64,000 bases of DNA from an uncultured Bifidobacterium sp. GTDB lineage: Bacteria; Actinomycetota; Acidimicrobiia; Acidimicrobiales; Ilumatobacteraceae. This document shows positions 36,493 through 46,198 of the stretch, one piece after another (positions within the stretch are counted from its first letter, which is position 1; each line of letters starts with the position of its first letter). The position numbers and the translations under genes were made by a program. Location of the stretch: the NCBI GenBank assembly GCA_964394175.1, contig CAYMVM010000003.1, positions 54,605-118,604 on the forward strand, in the 5' to 3' direction. The notes beneath the pieces were generated by a model. That model was not told the origin of the DNA. It worked only from the letters and a program-made list of their open reading frames with translations, and ran no database searches.

Positions 36493-37788
36493 ATGAATTC
36501 CTCCTCTCGTTCCCCTGACCCGTCCTTGCCCCGACGATCAGCATCAGATGCGCAACGAGGCGCAGACATGGTGCGTGACGAACTGCTGACGCTTGCACAG
36601 GACGACCTCGACATTCACGCAGGTCGTGCGTTCTCACTTGCCTACGTGCCCGACGATGTCACACGTTCCCTGTCAGACGACGCGTACCGCATGTTCGCCC
36701 ACACCAATGGTCTGAACATGGACGCCTTCCCAAGCCTCCGGCGAATGCAGTCCGAGGTCGTGAGCCAGATTCTCTCCTGGACGCACGGTCCGCAGGGCTC
36801 CTCAGGCTTCATGACCTCAGGCGGGACTGAGAGTCTCATCCTCGCGGTGCGCAGTGCCCTCAAGATCCACCAACAGTCCTCCACCTGGGTTGCAACTGGC
36901 CGGCCAAACATGGTCCTACCCACGTCAGCGCACGCGGCTTTGGAGAAGGCCGCTGAATACTTCGGAGTCGAGTCTCGTCGAGTGCCTGTGCGCCCTGATT
37001 GGCGGGCTGACGTGAACGCCATGGAGTCGGCGATCGACGACGACACGATGCTTCTGGTGGGATCGGCGCCCCAGTACCCCCAAGGAGTCATCGACCCGCT
37101 GGAAGACCTCTCCGAAGTCGCACTGCAGCATGCGCTCCCCTTGCATGTCGACGCCTGCATGGGTGGCGTGACACTCACGTTTATGGAACGTGCAGGCGAA
37201 CCAGTTGCGCCGTGGGATTTTCGACTGGACGGTGTCACGTCGATATCGGTCGACCTTCACAAGTACGGGTACACCGCGAAAGGTGCCGGCGTTCTCGTCT
37301 ATCGCGACAAAGCACGACGCGCGGCACAGACGTTCGTCACCGACAATTGGCTCGGTGGTCTGTATGGCTCGTCCGGAATTCTCGGTACCAAATCAGGAGG
37401 GCCTATTGCGTCGGCATGGGCGGTCATGCGACATCTCGGTGATTCCGGCTACGAAGAGCTGACGATCACTGCACGACGAGCCGCACTTCGGCTTGTCGAC
37501 CACATCGAGCGACACGACACATTGACACTTCGCGCACGACCCGACTCGACACTCGTCTGCTTCGGACTCCCCGATGACAGCGAGCGAGCGTTCGCTGTCG
37601 CCGACGCACTCTGGACAAAGGGTTGGTACGTCGACCGACAGAGCCCTCCCCCGTCGTTGCATGCAACCGTGAACGCAGTCCATGAATCCGTCATGACGGA
37701 ATTCCTAAGAGACCTCGACCATGCTGTCGTTGCCACCATCGCCACTGGGACATCTGGGTCTGCAGGTGCGTACGGCACCGTGGATTAG
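36493..37788 (+). CDS. PLP-dependent group II decarboxylase (sphingosine-1-phosphate lyase / glutamate decarboxylase-like)
   Basis: FMTSGGTESLILAV, HVDACMGG, SVDLHKYGYTAKGAG (PLP Lys). An alternative start at ATG 36568 has a better SD (GAGG). Confidence 0.8.
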   Translation: MNSSSRSPDPSLPRRSASDAQRGADMVRDELLTLAQDDLDIHAGRAFSLAYVPDDVTRSLSDDAYRMFAHTNGLNMDAFPSLRRMQSEVVSQILSWTHGPQGSSGFMTSGGTESLILAVRSALKIHQQSSTWVATGRPNMVLPTSAHAALEKAAEYFGVESRRVPVRPDWRADVNAMESAIDDDTMLLVGSAPQYPQGVIDPLEDLSEVALQHALPLHVDACMGGVTLTFMERAGEPVAPWDFRLDGVTSISVDLHKYGYTAKGAGVLVYRDKARRAAQTFVTDNWLGGLYGSSGILGTKSGGPIASAWAVMRHLGDSGYEELTITARRAALRLVDHIERHDTLTLRARPDSTLVCFGLPDDSERAFAVADALWTKGWYVDRQSPPPSLHATVNAVHESVMTEFLRDLDHAVVATIATGTSGSAGAYGTVD

Positions 37789-37814
37789 GACTACTCTGAC
37801 AGCAGCCGATTGTC

Positions 37815-37995
37815 GCTTTGGGAGAGAGTCGAGGTGCCGCCAGCACGTCGTCCGCCGAAGGAGCAACCGCCCCGGAACCTCTCAGGCACCGGAACCGAAG
37901 CGACAGGCGACGCTGGAAAGCGAGAACGCGAGTTCTCCACCGACGGGGAAAGCCCATGATGGGTGAAGCTCTCAGGTGCAAGAGACAGCTGGGGT
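37815..37995 (+). promoter_or_regulatory. Tandem glycine riboswitch (two aptamers) in the gcvP leader
   Basis: Aptamer 1: GGGAGAG...CCGCCGAAGGAGCAACC...CCTCTCAGGCACCGGAAC. Aptamer 2: CTGGAAAG...CCACCGACGGGGAAAGCCC...GCTCTCAGGTGCAAGAGACAG. Both match the conserved glycine-riboswitch cores known from B. subtilis gcvT. Confidence 0.8.
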
Positions 37996-38023
37996 GCCAT
38001 ACCAACACCACAAGGCGGCACCA

Positions 38024-40885
38024 ATGAGCGTTCACCAGCACCCACTCGATCAGTTCGAGTCATTCTCCACGCGTCACCTCGGTCTCACTTCGGCAGATCG
38101 AGAGCACATGCTCGCAGTCATCGGACGATCGTCGATTGACGAGATGTTGAAGGCGACCGTCCCTGACAGCATCATGCTCTCTTCGCCGCTCGAGTTGCCT
38201 GACGCTGTCGCTGAGCACCTCGTGCACGCCGAACTTCGAGACCTCTTTGCTCGCGACGTGAAACGGCGCAGTTTCATCGGCCAGGGCTACTACCCCACGA
38301 TTTGTCCTCCCGTCATCAAGCGAAACGTGCTCGAGAACCCGGCGTGGTACACCGCCTACACCCCGTACCAGCCGGAGATCAGCCAGGGTCGACTGGAAGC
38401 GCTTCTCAACTTCCAGACCATGATCTCAGAGTTGACCGGACTTCCAGTGGCGAATGCATCGCTTCTCGACGAAGCAACAGCAGCAGCAGAAGCGATGACG
38501 ATCTGTCGTCGTCAGAGCAAAGTGGCACATGACGTCTTCCTCGTCGACAGCGACACTCATCCCCAAACACTGAACGTGCTGCGTACACGCGCAGAGGCCA
38601 TCGGAATCGAACTGCGTATTCAGTCCGTCGTCGACTTCGATCCGAGTGAGGCGTTCGGCCTCGTCATCTCATGGCCATCAAGCAGCGGAAACGCATCGCA
38701 TGCCGATGCGATCAAAGCTGTCCTCAATGCTGCGCGAAGTGCAGGAACGGTGTCGGTGGCCACCACTGATCTTCTTGCGTGCACCGTGCTCACTCCCCCA
38801 GGCCAGATGGGCTTCGACATCGCCATCGGTTCGGCCCAACGATTCGGAGTACCGCTGTGGTTCGGCGGCCCCCACGCGGCCTTCATGTCGGTGCGCACGG
38901 AGCATGCGCGTGCATTGCCAGGGCGTCTCGTCGGCGTGAGCGTCGACACTGCCGGTCGACCTGCACTTCGACTCTCCCTTCAGACACGTGAACAGCACAT
39001 TCGTCGCGAGAAGGCCACATCGAATATCTGCACATCACAGGCCTTGCTCGCCAACGTCGCAGGTTTCTACGGCACGTACCACGGCCCAGACGGGCTTCGG
39101 ACGATCGCGAATCGCATCCATCGACATGCGGCCACCTTCGCAGAGTCACTGTCACGTGGTGGCTACGTAATACGTCATGACGAATTCTTCGACACGGTGA
39201 CCATCGCATGTGACGACTCACGGGCGCTCGCCGCACGCGCTCGAGATGTCGGCTTCAACATTCGAGTCCTCGATGCGACATCTGTGTGCGTCTCTTTCGA
39301 CGAACCAACCACCACAACCGAAGTCACCAAACTGTTGGAGGTCTTCGACGTCTCCAGCCAAGAAGGCCCCGTGCGGCTGCCGAAGACCGCTGTCCGCTCA
39401 GACGACTTCATGCAACAGTCCGTGTTCCATCGCCATCACTCTGAGACAGACATGCTGCGACACCTGCGGAGACTCGCCGACAAAGACTTGGCACTCGACA
39501 GAACCATGATTCCGCTTGGCTCCTGCACGATGAAGTTGAATGCCACCACGGAGATGGAACCGGTTTCTTGGTCGGAATTGACCGAGGTACATCCTTTCGC
39601 CCCCGATGACGAAACAACCGGCTACCGCCGGCTCGTGAAGCAACTTGAGGACATGCTCTGCTCGATCACCGGTTACGACGCAGTGAGCCTGCAACCAAAT
39701 GCAGGTAGTCAGGGTGAATTCGCCGGCCTCCTCGCCATACGCGCATATCACCGATCCCGTAACCAAGGCCAACGAGATGTCTGCCTCATTCCGAGCAGTG
39801 CACACGGCACCAATGCCGCGAGTGCAGTCATGGCTGGCATGCGTGTCGTCGTCGTTGCGTGCGACGACGAGGGCAACGTCGATGTCACGGACCTTCGTCA
39901 GAAAATCGATGCCAACCGCGACTCTCTCTCAGCGCTCATGGTCACGTACCCGTCGACCCACGGAGTGTTCGAAACTGCCATCGGTGACATCTGCGAGATG
40001 GTCCATGAGGCGGGTGGCCAGGTCTACGTGGACGGTGCAAACTTGAACGCACTCGTCGCGATCGCCAAGCCCGGAAAATTTGGTGCTGACGTGAGCCATC
40101 TCAATCTGCACAAGACATTCTGCATCCCCCACGGAGGTGGCGGACCTGGCGTCGGACCAGTGGCGGTGCGTCAACACTTGGCGCCATTCCTTCCGGGGCA
40201 TCCGTTGGACACAGAATCGCACGTCGGGCCGGTGTCGGCAGCTCCTCACGGGTCTGCCGGAATCCTCCCGATTCCGTGGGCGTACATCAAGATGATGGGC
40301 GCAGAAGGACTGCGTCGAGCCACCGAAGACGCAATCTTGTCCGCAAATTACGTCTCACGTCGACTGGCGGAACACTTCCCCACTTTGTACACGAACTCAA
40401 ACGGAATGGTCGCACACGAATGCATCCTCGACGTACGCGGTATCACTCGCGACACTGGCGTCACCGTCGACGATGTGGCGAAGCGACTGATGGACTTCTG
40501 TTTTCATGCACCGACCATGAGTTTTCCGGTGACGGGGACTCTGATGGTCGAACCAACTGAAAGTGAGTCTCTCCGCGAACTTGACCGATTCTGCGAAGCG
40601 ATGCTCGCGATCGGAGGCGAGATCGAACGGGTGCGACAAGGTGCCAACGTGGACGAGTCGGCACTGCGCCATGCTCCCCACACCGTCGAGGACCTCACCG
40701 ATGACTGGACTCGCACGTACTCACGAGCAACGGCTTTGTTCCCTGTCTCTTCGCTTCGCAACCGTGGATATTTCCCGCCGGTTTCGCGCATTGACGCGGT
40801 TCAAGGAGACCGGAACCTCGTGTGCACCTGTGCACCAATCGAGGCGTACGAAACTGGCTTGGTCAGCACTACCGTGTCGGCATGA
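38024..40885 (+). CDS. gcvP: Glycine dehydrogenase (decarboxylating), glycine cleavage P protein
   Basis: About 950 aa with [30 protein letters not shown] and [16 protein letters not shown] (PLP Lys). Start taken at ATG 38024, because the track start at 37976 lies inside the riboswitch. Confidence 0.95.
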   Translation: MSVHQHPLDQFESFSTRHLGLTSADREHMLAVIGRSSIDEMLKATVPDSIMLSSPLELPDAVAEHLVHAELRDLFARDVKRRSFIGQGYYPTICPPVIKRNVLENPAWYTAYTPYQPEISQGRLEALLNFQTMISELTGLPVANASLLDEATAAAEAMTICRRQSKVAHDVFLVDSDTHPQTLNVLRTRAEAIGIELRIQSVVDFDPSEAFGLVISWPSSSGNASHADAIKAVLNAARSAGTVSVATTDLLACTVLTPPGQMGFDIAIGSAQRFGVPLWFGGPHAAFMSVRTEHARALPGRLVGVSVDTAGRPALRLSLQTREQHIRREKATSNICTSQALLANVAGFYGTYHGPDGLRTIANRIHRHAATFAESLSRGGYVIRHDEFFDTVTIACDDSRALAARARDVGFNIRVLDATSVCVSFDEPTTTTEVTKLLEVFDVSSQEGPVRLPKTAVRSDDFMQQSVFHRHHSETDMLRHLRRLADKDLALDRTMIPLGSCTMKLNATTEMEPVSWSELTEVHPFAPDDETTGYRRLVKQLEDMLCSITGYDAVSLQPNAGSQGEFAGLLAIRAYHRSRNQGQRDVCLIPSSAHGTNAASAVMAGMRVVVVACDDEGNVDVTDLRQKIDANRDSLSALMVTYPSTHGVFETAIGDICEMVHEAGGQVYVDGANLNALVAIAKPGKFGADVSHLNLHKTFCIPHGGGGPGVGPVAVRQHLAPFLPGHPLDTESHVGPVSAAPHGSAGILPIPWAYIKMMGAEGLRRATEDAILSANYVSRRLAEHFPTLYTNSNGMVAHECILDVRGITRDTGVTVDDVAKRLMDFCFHAPTMSFPVTGTLMVEPTESESLRELDRFCEAMLAIGGEIERVRQGANVDESALRHAPHTVEDLTDDWTRTYSRATALFPVSSLRNRGYFPPVSRIDAVQGDRNLVCTCAPIEAYETGLVSTTVSA

Positions 40886-41334
40886 CCGACGAGGCCCAAT
40901 CGACCACAGATTCGACGACAGCTTCGTCGTCGACGTCACAATCACAGCAGTACAACCCTCTTGCTGCCATCGAAGCCCTTGCCGGGCTGTTGTCGTCTGT
41001 GGACCTCGCTTCACTTGCGTCGTCATCCTTGAGCACGACCAAGAAGGCCCTCGACGGTCTCATCACGACAGCAGAGAACTTCGCATCGACCATCGACAAT
41101 TTGAATCGAACCACGACGCGCATCAACTCACTTCTCGACGAAGTCGAAGAACCGTTGCGCCGGCTGATGCCACAAATCGCCACTGGAATGAATTCTCTTG
41201 CGACCCTGGGCGACGCAGTGTCGGCACTTGGCGATCTTTCGCGACGTCTAGGACCTCTCACACAGCTTGCAGAAAATGCGGGAGGACTTTTCGGTCTCCG
41301 GTCGACAGCAAAACAGCCGACGTCCCAGAGTTGA
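40882..41334 (+). CDS. Hypothetical helical protein (150 aa), S/T-rich N-terminus, translationally coupled to gcvP
   Basis: ATG 40882 overlaps the gcvP stop (ATGA). Leu/Ala/Thr-rich helical repeats ([33 protein letters not shown]). No named family recognised. Confidence 0.5.
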   Translation: MTDEAQSTTDSTTASSSTSQSQQYNPLAAIEALAGLLSSVDLASLASSSLSTTKKALDGLITTAENFASTIDNLNRTTTRINSLLDEVEEPLRRLMPQIATGMNSLATLGDAVSALGDLSRRLGPLTQLAENAGGLFGLRSTAKQPTSQS

Positions 41335-41363
41335 AAGTGGTGTCAACGCGTCGTAGACGTTGA

Positions 41364-42419
41364 TTACTTCTTCTTGACGAACGGAAGTGCACACACCTCG
41401 CCCGGAATCGACGTGCCGCGCACGTCGAGTGACACATGATCTCCGATGGCGACATCGGTCGTGCAAAGAGCCAAAGCAATGCAGTGACCGAGAGTCGGTG
41501 AGAAGTTTCCGCTCGTGACAGTGCCGACGATCGAACCGTCATTCGCCAACACTGCACTTCCGTCGCGCGCCGGACGGCGGCCTTCAATTGAAATTCCACG
41601 CAGGACACGGCGAGGTCCCGCAGCCTTCTCTTGCGCCAATGCTTCCCGACCGCGAAACGTGGGCTTGCTCCACGCCACGACCCATTCGAGACCCGCTTGA
41701 AGAGGCGTGATTCCCTGGCCTAGTTCGTGACCATGCAACGGCAGCGCCGCCTCCAGGCGCAACGTGTCACGAGCACCTAGGCCCGCCGGTGTGGCACCGG
41801 CGTTCATCAGCGCATCCCAGATGGTCTTGCTTGCATCAGCAGGAACTGCGATTTCGATGCCATCTTCACCTGTGTAACCAGTACCGGCGACGGTGCACGG
41901 CACACCGAGAATGTCCACGTGTGCGACCCTGAATCGTCCGATGGCTGCACACTCCTCTGACACCCGTGCCACGATTTCCCGAGCTATGGGACCTTGCACC
42001 GCGAGGACGGCGCGTGTCGCTGTGGTGTCGACACCACCGATTGCAGCTCGGACCCCGTCAGTGTTCGATGCATTCGGCATCACGTCGAATGTGTCCTCGT
42101 CGATCCACCACACGATGATGTCGTCAGACACCGACGCATCGGCTTCAGAGAGAAGGTGCGTGTATTGCGCACGGCCAGGTGCGATTTTTCCCAGGTCGTT
42201 CGTGAATGCGCCCTGCAGGGTGGCTAATGCACCGGGTCCGGTCACTCGCACGGTGCCGAGATGAGACACGTCGAACATGGCCGCTGCTGTGCGACATGCC
42301 GTGTGCTCAACCAATGTTCCGGTCGGATACGACAGCGGCATCTCCCAGCCACCGAAGGGAACCATCTTGGCTCCGAGCTCGCGGTGAACCGCGTCGAGAG
42401 GTGAAACCCGATTGGTCAC
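41364..42419 (-). CDS. gcvT: Aminomethyltransferase, glycine cleavage T protein
   Basis: [43 protein letters not shown]. Confidence 0.93.
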   Translation of the reverse strand: MTNRVSPLDAVHRELGAKMVPFGGWEMPLSYPTGTLVEHTACRTAAAMFDVSHLGTVRVTGPGALATLQGAFTNDLGKIAPGRAQYTHLLSEADASVSDDIIVWWIDEDTFDVMPNASNTDGVRAAIGGVDTTATRAVLAVQGPIAREIVARVSEECAAIGRFRVAHVDILGVPCTVAGTGYTGEDGIEIAVPADASKTIWDALMNAGATPAGLGARDTLRLEAALPLHGHELGQGITPLQAGLEWVVAWSKPTFRGREALAQEKAAGPRRVLRGISIEGRRPARDGSAVLANDGSIVGTVTSGNFSPTLGHCIALALCTTDVAIGDHVSLDVRGTSIPGEVCALPFVKKK

Positions 42420-42880
42420 GAATTGACGACGCGTGGCGCAGCCGTCGCTGTCGAAGAGTCAACCTGCAGAGAGATGATGTTGCTGTCCACCTCGTCGCGC
42501 ACGCCGGACAGTGGAAGAACGTTCAAGACTCCTTGTCCACCTCGCAGGACATCGATGAGATCTTCACCGTCGCACAACAACACGGAGTTGCCGTTGATGA
42601 CGATGTGAGCAGAGGTGATGTCCGAGTCGACATGGTCTCGGAGGTACGCGAACACGTCACGAACGGACTCGAGCTTGATGCCGGCATCGAGCAACTTCTT
42701 GATGATCTTCAACTCGAGCAAGTCTCGATACGTGTAGAGACGACGACTTCCACTGCCGGTTGCGTCGGCACCACTCGGGCGAACAAGATCGGTGCGAGCC
42801 CAATAATCAAGTTGGCGGTACGAGATGCCGACGATCTGCGCGGCCTTCGTGCCGCTGAACATCTGGTCAAAACCGCCCAT
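42416..42880 (-). CDS. MerR family transcriptional regulator (Rv1830-like)
   Basis: FSGTKAAQIVGISYRQLDYWARTDLVRPS...RLYTYRDLLELKIIKKLLDAGI. Its stop overlaps the gcvT start by 4 nt. Confidence 0.85.
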   Translation of the reverse strand: MGGFDQMFSGTKAAQIVGISYRQLDYWARTDLVRPSGADATGSGSRRLYTYRDLLELKIIKKLLDAGIKLESVRDVFAYLRDHVDSDITSAHIVINGNSVLLCDGEDLIDVLRGGQGVLNVLPLSGVRDEVDSNIISLQVDSSTATAAPRVVNS

Positions 42881-42992
42881 GACGGACCCTCCTTTGTCAG
42901 GACCACGACGGCCCTGACATGTGTTTACCAGCGTCACACCGTGGTAACTACACGGTTGTCAGACGGCCCCTCGGAGCCCCTTCACGACTTGG

Positions 42993-43484
42993 TCAGCGTC
43001 CGAAATCCTCTGGGTTGATGCTGTCGATGAAGTCTTTGAATTCTTCGAGAATCTCTTCGTCACCGTCATCGTCAGGCGACTCCCCCACGGCGTCCAAGAT
43101 CTCCTCGGAGGCAAAGATCGGACATTCGGCACGCACCGCGACAGCCACCCCATCGGAGGGACGACACGAGATGACGTGTGTACCACCGGCTGTTTGAAGG
43201 TGCATCTCGGCGTAGTAGGTGCCGTCAATCACTTCGGTGATGCACACCTTTTCGATGCTGACATCAAGACGTTGAAGCGTCATGACGAAAAGGTCATGGG
43301 TCAATGGTCGAGGCATCTCCGCCCCTTCCAGAGCCGTGTGAATGCTCGATGCCTCCGGAGCGCCAATAAAGATGTCGAACTCTCGACGCGAACCATCGGT
43401 CTCCCTCAACCGCATCGCAGGTGTGTTGGCGAGCGGGTCGAGGCGTATTGCGACGACTTCGACGCTTCTCACGTCATCTCCCAT
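42993..43484 (-). CDS. Bifunctional nuclease family protein (DUF151, Rv1829-like)
   Basis: VEVVAIRLDPLANTPAMRLRE...FDIFIGAPEASSIHTALEG...PRPLTHDLF. Confidence 0.85.
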   Translation of the reverse strand: MGDDVRSVEVVAIRLDPLANTPAMRLRETDGSRREFDIFIGAPEASSIHTALEGAEMPRPLTHDLFVMTLQRLDVSIEKVCITEVIDGTYYAEMHLQTAGGTHVISCRPSDGVAVAVRAECPIFASEEILDAVGESPDDDGDEEILEEFKDFIDSINPEDFGR

Positions 43485-44280
43485 CGGTGAGCCTCTGAAT
43501 CTCCTTGCCGAGGAGTGCGAGACGAAGCCGACCTCCGAGGGTCACGAATTCGTCAAGCATCGCAAGCGCCTCGTCTCGTGACCCCGGATTACGTTGACGC
43601 AACAGCGGCAGGATGCGCTGCTCGAACAAGGTCACTTCTTTGTCTGACGCCAGCTTCCATGCTCGAAGATGTCGAATGTCGATTCCCAATTCTTGGAAGC
43701 GCTGCGCCGCACGCGCGATCTCAACTGAGTTCTGGTCGAAAAACGTCGTGTCACCGACATCATGACCATCGACGAGCCCTGCTGACTCCAACCCCTTCAA
43801 CAGATCTTCAGAAATCGAGTACTGAGCGACAACTTCGTCGCGAGGCAGCGACTCGGTCTTGTCCGCATGGGCCTTCGCCTCGCGACGGAGCGCGCGGCGC
43901 TCGCTTTCCGGGGCAACCGGGTCTTGTTCGGCGACGGCAGCACTTACGCGCGGCACACTTGCCCGTGCAGCTGGATGTCCGGAAGCTCGAATTTCGCCGG
44001 TGTCTGGCGCTGACGCGTACTCACGTGTGATGTCTCCGGTCTCATCGAGACGATCACGAATCACGCGAAGTGGCAGAAAGTTCTCCCGTTGTTCGCGCAG
44101 GATGAACTTCAAGCGCTCGACTTCGGCATTGCTGAATTTGCGATATCCGGAAGGGGTTCGCTCGGGCTCGATGAGACCCTGGCTCTCTAAAAAACGAATC
44201 TTCGAAATGGTGATGTCAGGAAACTCATCGAGCAACAGCGCCAGGACTTCACCGATCGACAGATAATTTCGGTCTGACAT
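43474..44280 (-). CDS. MerR family transcriptional regulator (Rv1828-like)
   Basis: LSIGEVLALLLDEFPDITISKIRFLESQGLIEPERTPSGYRKFSNAEVERLKFIL. Confidence 0.85.
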   Translation of the reverse strand: MSDRNYLSIGEVLALLLDEFPDITISKIRFLESQGLIEPERTPSGYRKFSNAEVERLKFILREQRENFLPLRVIRDRLDETGDITREYASAPDTGEIRASGHPAARASVPRVSAAVAEQDPVAPESERRALRREAKAHADKTESLPRDEVVAQYSISEDLLKGLESAGLVDGHDVGDTTFFDQNSVEIARAAQRFQELGIDIRHLRAWKLASDKEVTLFEQRILPLLRQRNPGSRDEALAMLDEFVTLGGRLRLALLGKEIQRLTDGR

Positions 44281-44768
44281 CAGACGTCCTCTGGGTTCTC
44301 GAGGAACACCAAACGGTATTTGCCCACCTGAAGCTCGTCCCCCTGACGAAGTTCTCCGTCGTCAACTCGTCGTTGATTGACGTACGTTCCGTTCAACGAG
44401 CCCATGTCTCGCACACGATGTCCGTGTTCGGTCGCCAGAATCTCCACATGTCGACGCGACACGGTGATGTCATCGAGCACCACGTCGCTGTCTGGGTGAC
44501 GCCCGAGCGTCGTCACTCCGTTGCCCAAGACGAAGTGCTGACCGGATGCCTCACCGTCGCGCACCACGAGGATCGCATTGCCACGGGGAATCTCTCCGAG
44601 GTCGACCTGAACATCGTCAGCCGTGCCAGGTGCATCGAGCAACGGGTCGACTTTTGTGAGGGTGATGGTGCGGTCCTCCACCGTGTCCAGAACTGTGCCG
44701 CATGCCGAACAAAAGACCGAGATCGGAGGATTTCGGTGTCCGCATCGATTGCAGAACACGTAGGACAT
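44280..44768 (-). CDS. FHA-domain protein, GarA/OdhI-like FHA core with an N-terminal zinc ribbon
   Basis: FHA core LGRHPDSDVVLDDITVSRRHVEI...GSLNGTYVNQRRV...LQVGKYRLVFL is very close to GarA. The N-terminus is CNRCGHRN...FCSACG. Start ATG 44768, 2 nt after the gcvH stop. Confidence 0.88.
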   Translation of the reverse strand: MSYVFCNRCGHRNPPISVFCSACGTVLDTVEDRTITLTKVDPLLDAPGTADDVQVDLGEIPRGNAILVVRDGEASGQHFVLGNGVTTLGRHPDSDVVLDDITVSRRHVEILATEHGHRVRDMGSLNGTYVNQRRVDDGELRQGDELQVGKYRLVFLENPEDV

Positions 44769-44770
44769 TT

Positions 44771-45151
44771 TCAGCCGCCGACGAGCGCGGAATATGCGGC
44801 GGCATCGAGCAGCGCAGCATCTGACAACTGGGTGCACTCGATCTCGCAAATCCATCCGTTCCCGTATGGGTCGGTGTTGAGCAACTCAGGCTGATCGTTC
44901 AACAGATCGTTGACGGCAGAAACGACTCCTTCGAATGGTGCGTACACGTCATTGACCGACTTCGTGCTCTCGATCTCGCCGATGCTCGCATTCGCCTCGA
45001 TCCGCGAGTTCACCTGGGGCAGCTGCACGAACACCACGTCGCCGAGAGCGTCTTGTGCGTAGTCGGTGATGCCGACGCGAATCGTCGAGCCATTCACGGC
45101 GACCCATTCGTGGTCAGAGGTGTACTTCAGGTGTGACGGAACATTCATCAC
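44771..45151 (-). CDS. gcvH: Glycine cleavage system H protein
   Basis: HEWVAVNGSTIRVGITDYAQDALGDVVFVQLP and the lipoyl-Lys context EIESTKSV. Confidence 0.93.
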   Translation of the reverse strand: MMNVPSHLKYTSDHEWVAVNGSTIRVGITDYAQDALGDVVFVQLPQVNSRIEANASIGEIESTKSVNDVYAPFEGVVSAVNDLLNDQPELLNTDPYGNGWICEIECTQLSDAALLDAAAYSALVGG

Positions 45152-45717
45152 GTCTTACGGTAGTCGCCGCGCCGGAGATGGGCGCGAACGAGCGGGACGT
45201 ACTGGACGGCTGTCACGTAACTCAACAGCAGACCAGGCAAACCGATGCACCAACCGCACACCTGAAAAAAGACCCATGCTCCTCCGGCGGTGCCAATCAG
45301 GATCCACGGCACTGCCCACAGCAGCGCGAAGGTGGCCCTCTTCCCGTTGGTGGTGACGGGAAAGCGCTCCATGCCACGCGCTGTACCGAAAACCATCATG
45401 AGCGCAACGAAGCCTTCACGAACGAGGATCGCCAATCCGAACCACATGGGAATACCGTCGTGGATCAACGCCGAGGTAACTCCGACGAAGAACACGAGCC
45501 GATCTGCCACAGGGTCCAACACCGCTCCGAGTTCGCTCACTTGGTTGAGACGCCGCGCCAGATATCCATCGACCCAATCTGTGGCTCCTAGGAATCCGAG
45601 GACAAAGGACGCTGCGACCACTCGGTCGTCGGCAAGAAGAACCACGAACCATGGAAGTGCCGCGAGTCGCGCCACCGTGACGAAGTTCGGCACCGTGACG
45701 ATCTCTGAGCGCTTCAC
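45148..45717 (-). CDS. pgsA: CDP-alcohol phosphatidyltransferase (PgsA-like)
   Basis: DGYLARRLNQVSELGAVLDPVADRL (the D-G-x2-A-R...G...D-x3-D motif), multiple TM segments, and a 4-nt overlap with gcvH. Confidence 0.85.
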   Translation of the reverse strand: MKRSEIVTVPNFVTVARLAALPWFVVLLADDRVVAASFVLGFLGATDWVDGYLARRLNQVSELGAVLDPVADRLVFFVGVTSALIHDGIPMWFGLAILVREGFVALMMVFGTARGMERFPVTTNGKRATFALLWAVPWILIGTAGGAWVFFQVCGWCIGLPGLLLSYVTAVQYVPLVRAHLRRGDYRKT

Positions 45718-45750
45718 GCTTTTAGGGTATCCGCGTCTAATGTTCGTCGC

Positions 45751-46170
45751 GTGCCATCAGTATTCACGCGAATTCTTGCGGGCGAGATACCAGGAACATT
45801 CGTCTACAGAGATGACCTCTGTGCTGCGTTCCTCACCATCAACCCGATTACAAACGGACACTTGCTGCTGTGTCCGGTGGAAGAGGTCGACAAGTGGACC
45901 GATCTCGAACCCTCTGTGAGCAGTCACCTTTTCAGCACTGCACGTCTGCTTGCACGAGCCCTCGAACAAGCTTTCGCCTGCGAACGAGTCGGCCTCATCA
46001 TCGCCGGCTTTGAAGTCCCCCACTGTCACCTTCACCTCATACCGACGGCGTCAATGGAGGATCTGTCGTTCGCCAATGCCGCAGGACACGTGGAAAGGAA
46101 CAATCTCGAGGCCCACGCCCGCGCGATTCGTTCGGCGATGGAAGACCAAGGCCTGTCACCCCACGAGTAG
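45751..46170 (+). CDS. HIT family (histidine triad) protein
   Basis: FTRILAGEIPGTFVYRDD... and VPHCHLHLIP, the histidine triad. Confidence 0.88.
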   Translation: MPSVFTRILAGEIPGTFVYRDDLCAAFLTINPITNGHLLLCPVEEVDKWTDLEPSVSSHLFSTARLLARALEQAFACERVGLIIAGFEVPHCHLHLIPTASMEDLSFANAAGHVERNNLEAHARAIRSAMEDQGLSPHE

Positions 46171-46198
46171 TTGACTCGCGATCCGTCTCGCCGGTCGA

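Noticed and set aside
40563-41363. A 266-aa ORF in an alternative frame overlapping the end of gcvP and the downstream unknown gene.
   Set aside because: The translation is Arg/Ser/Cys/Thr-rich and low in hydrophobic periodicity. The first 320 nt would have to overlap gcvP in another frame. The 40882..41334 frame gives a coherent helical protein with an ATGA-coupled start.
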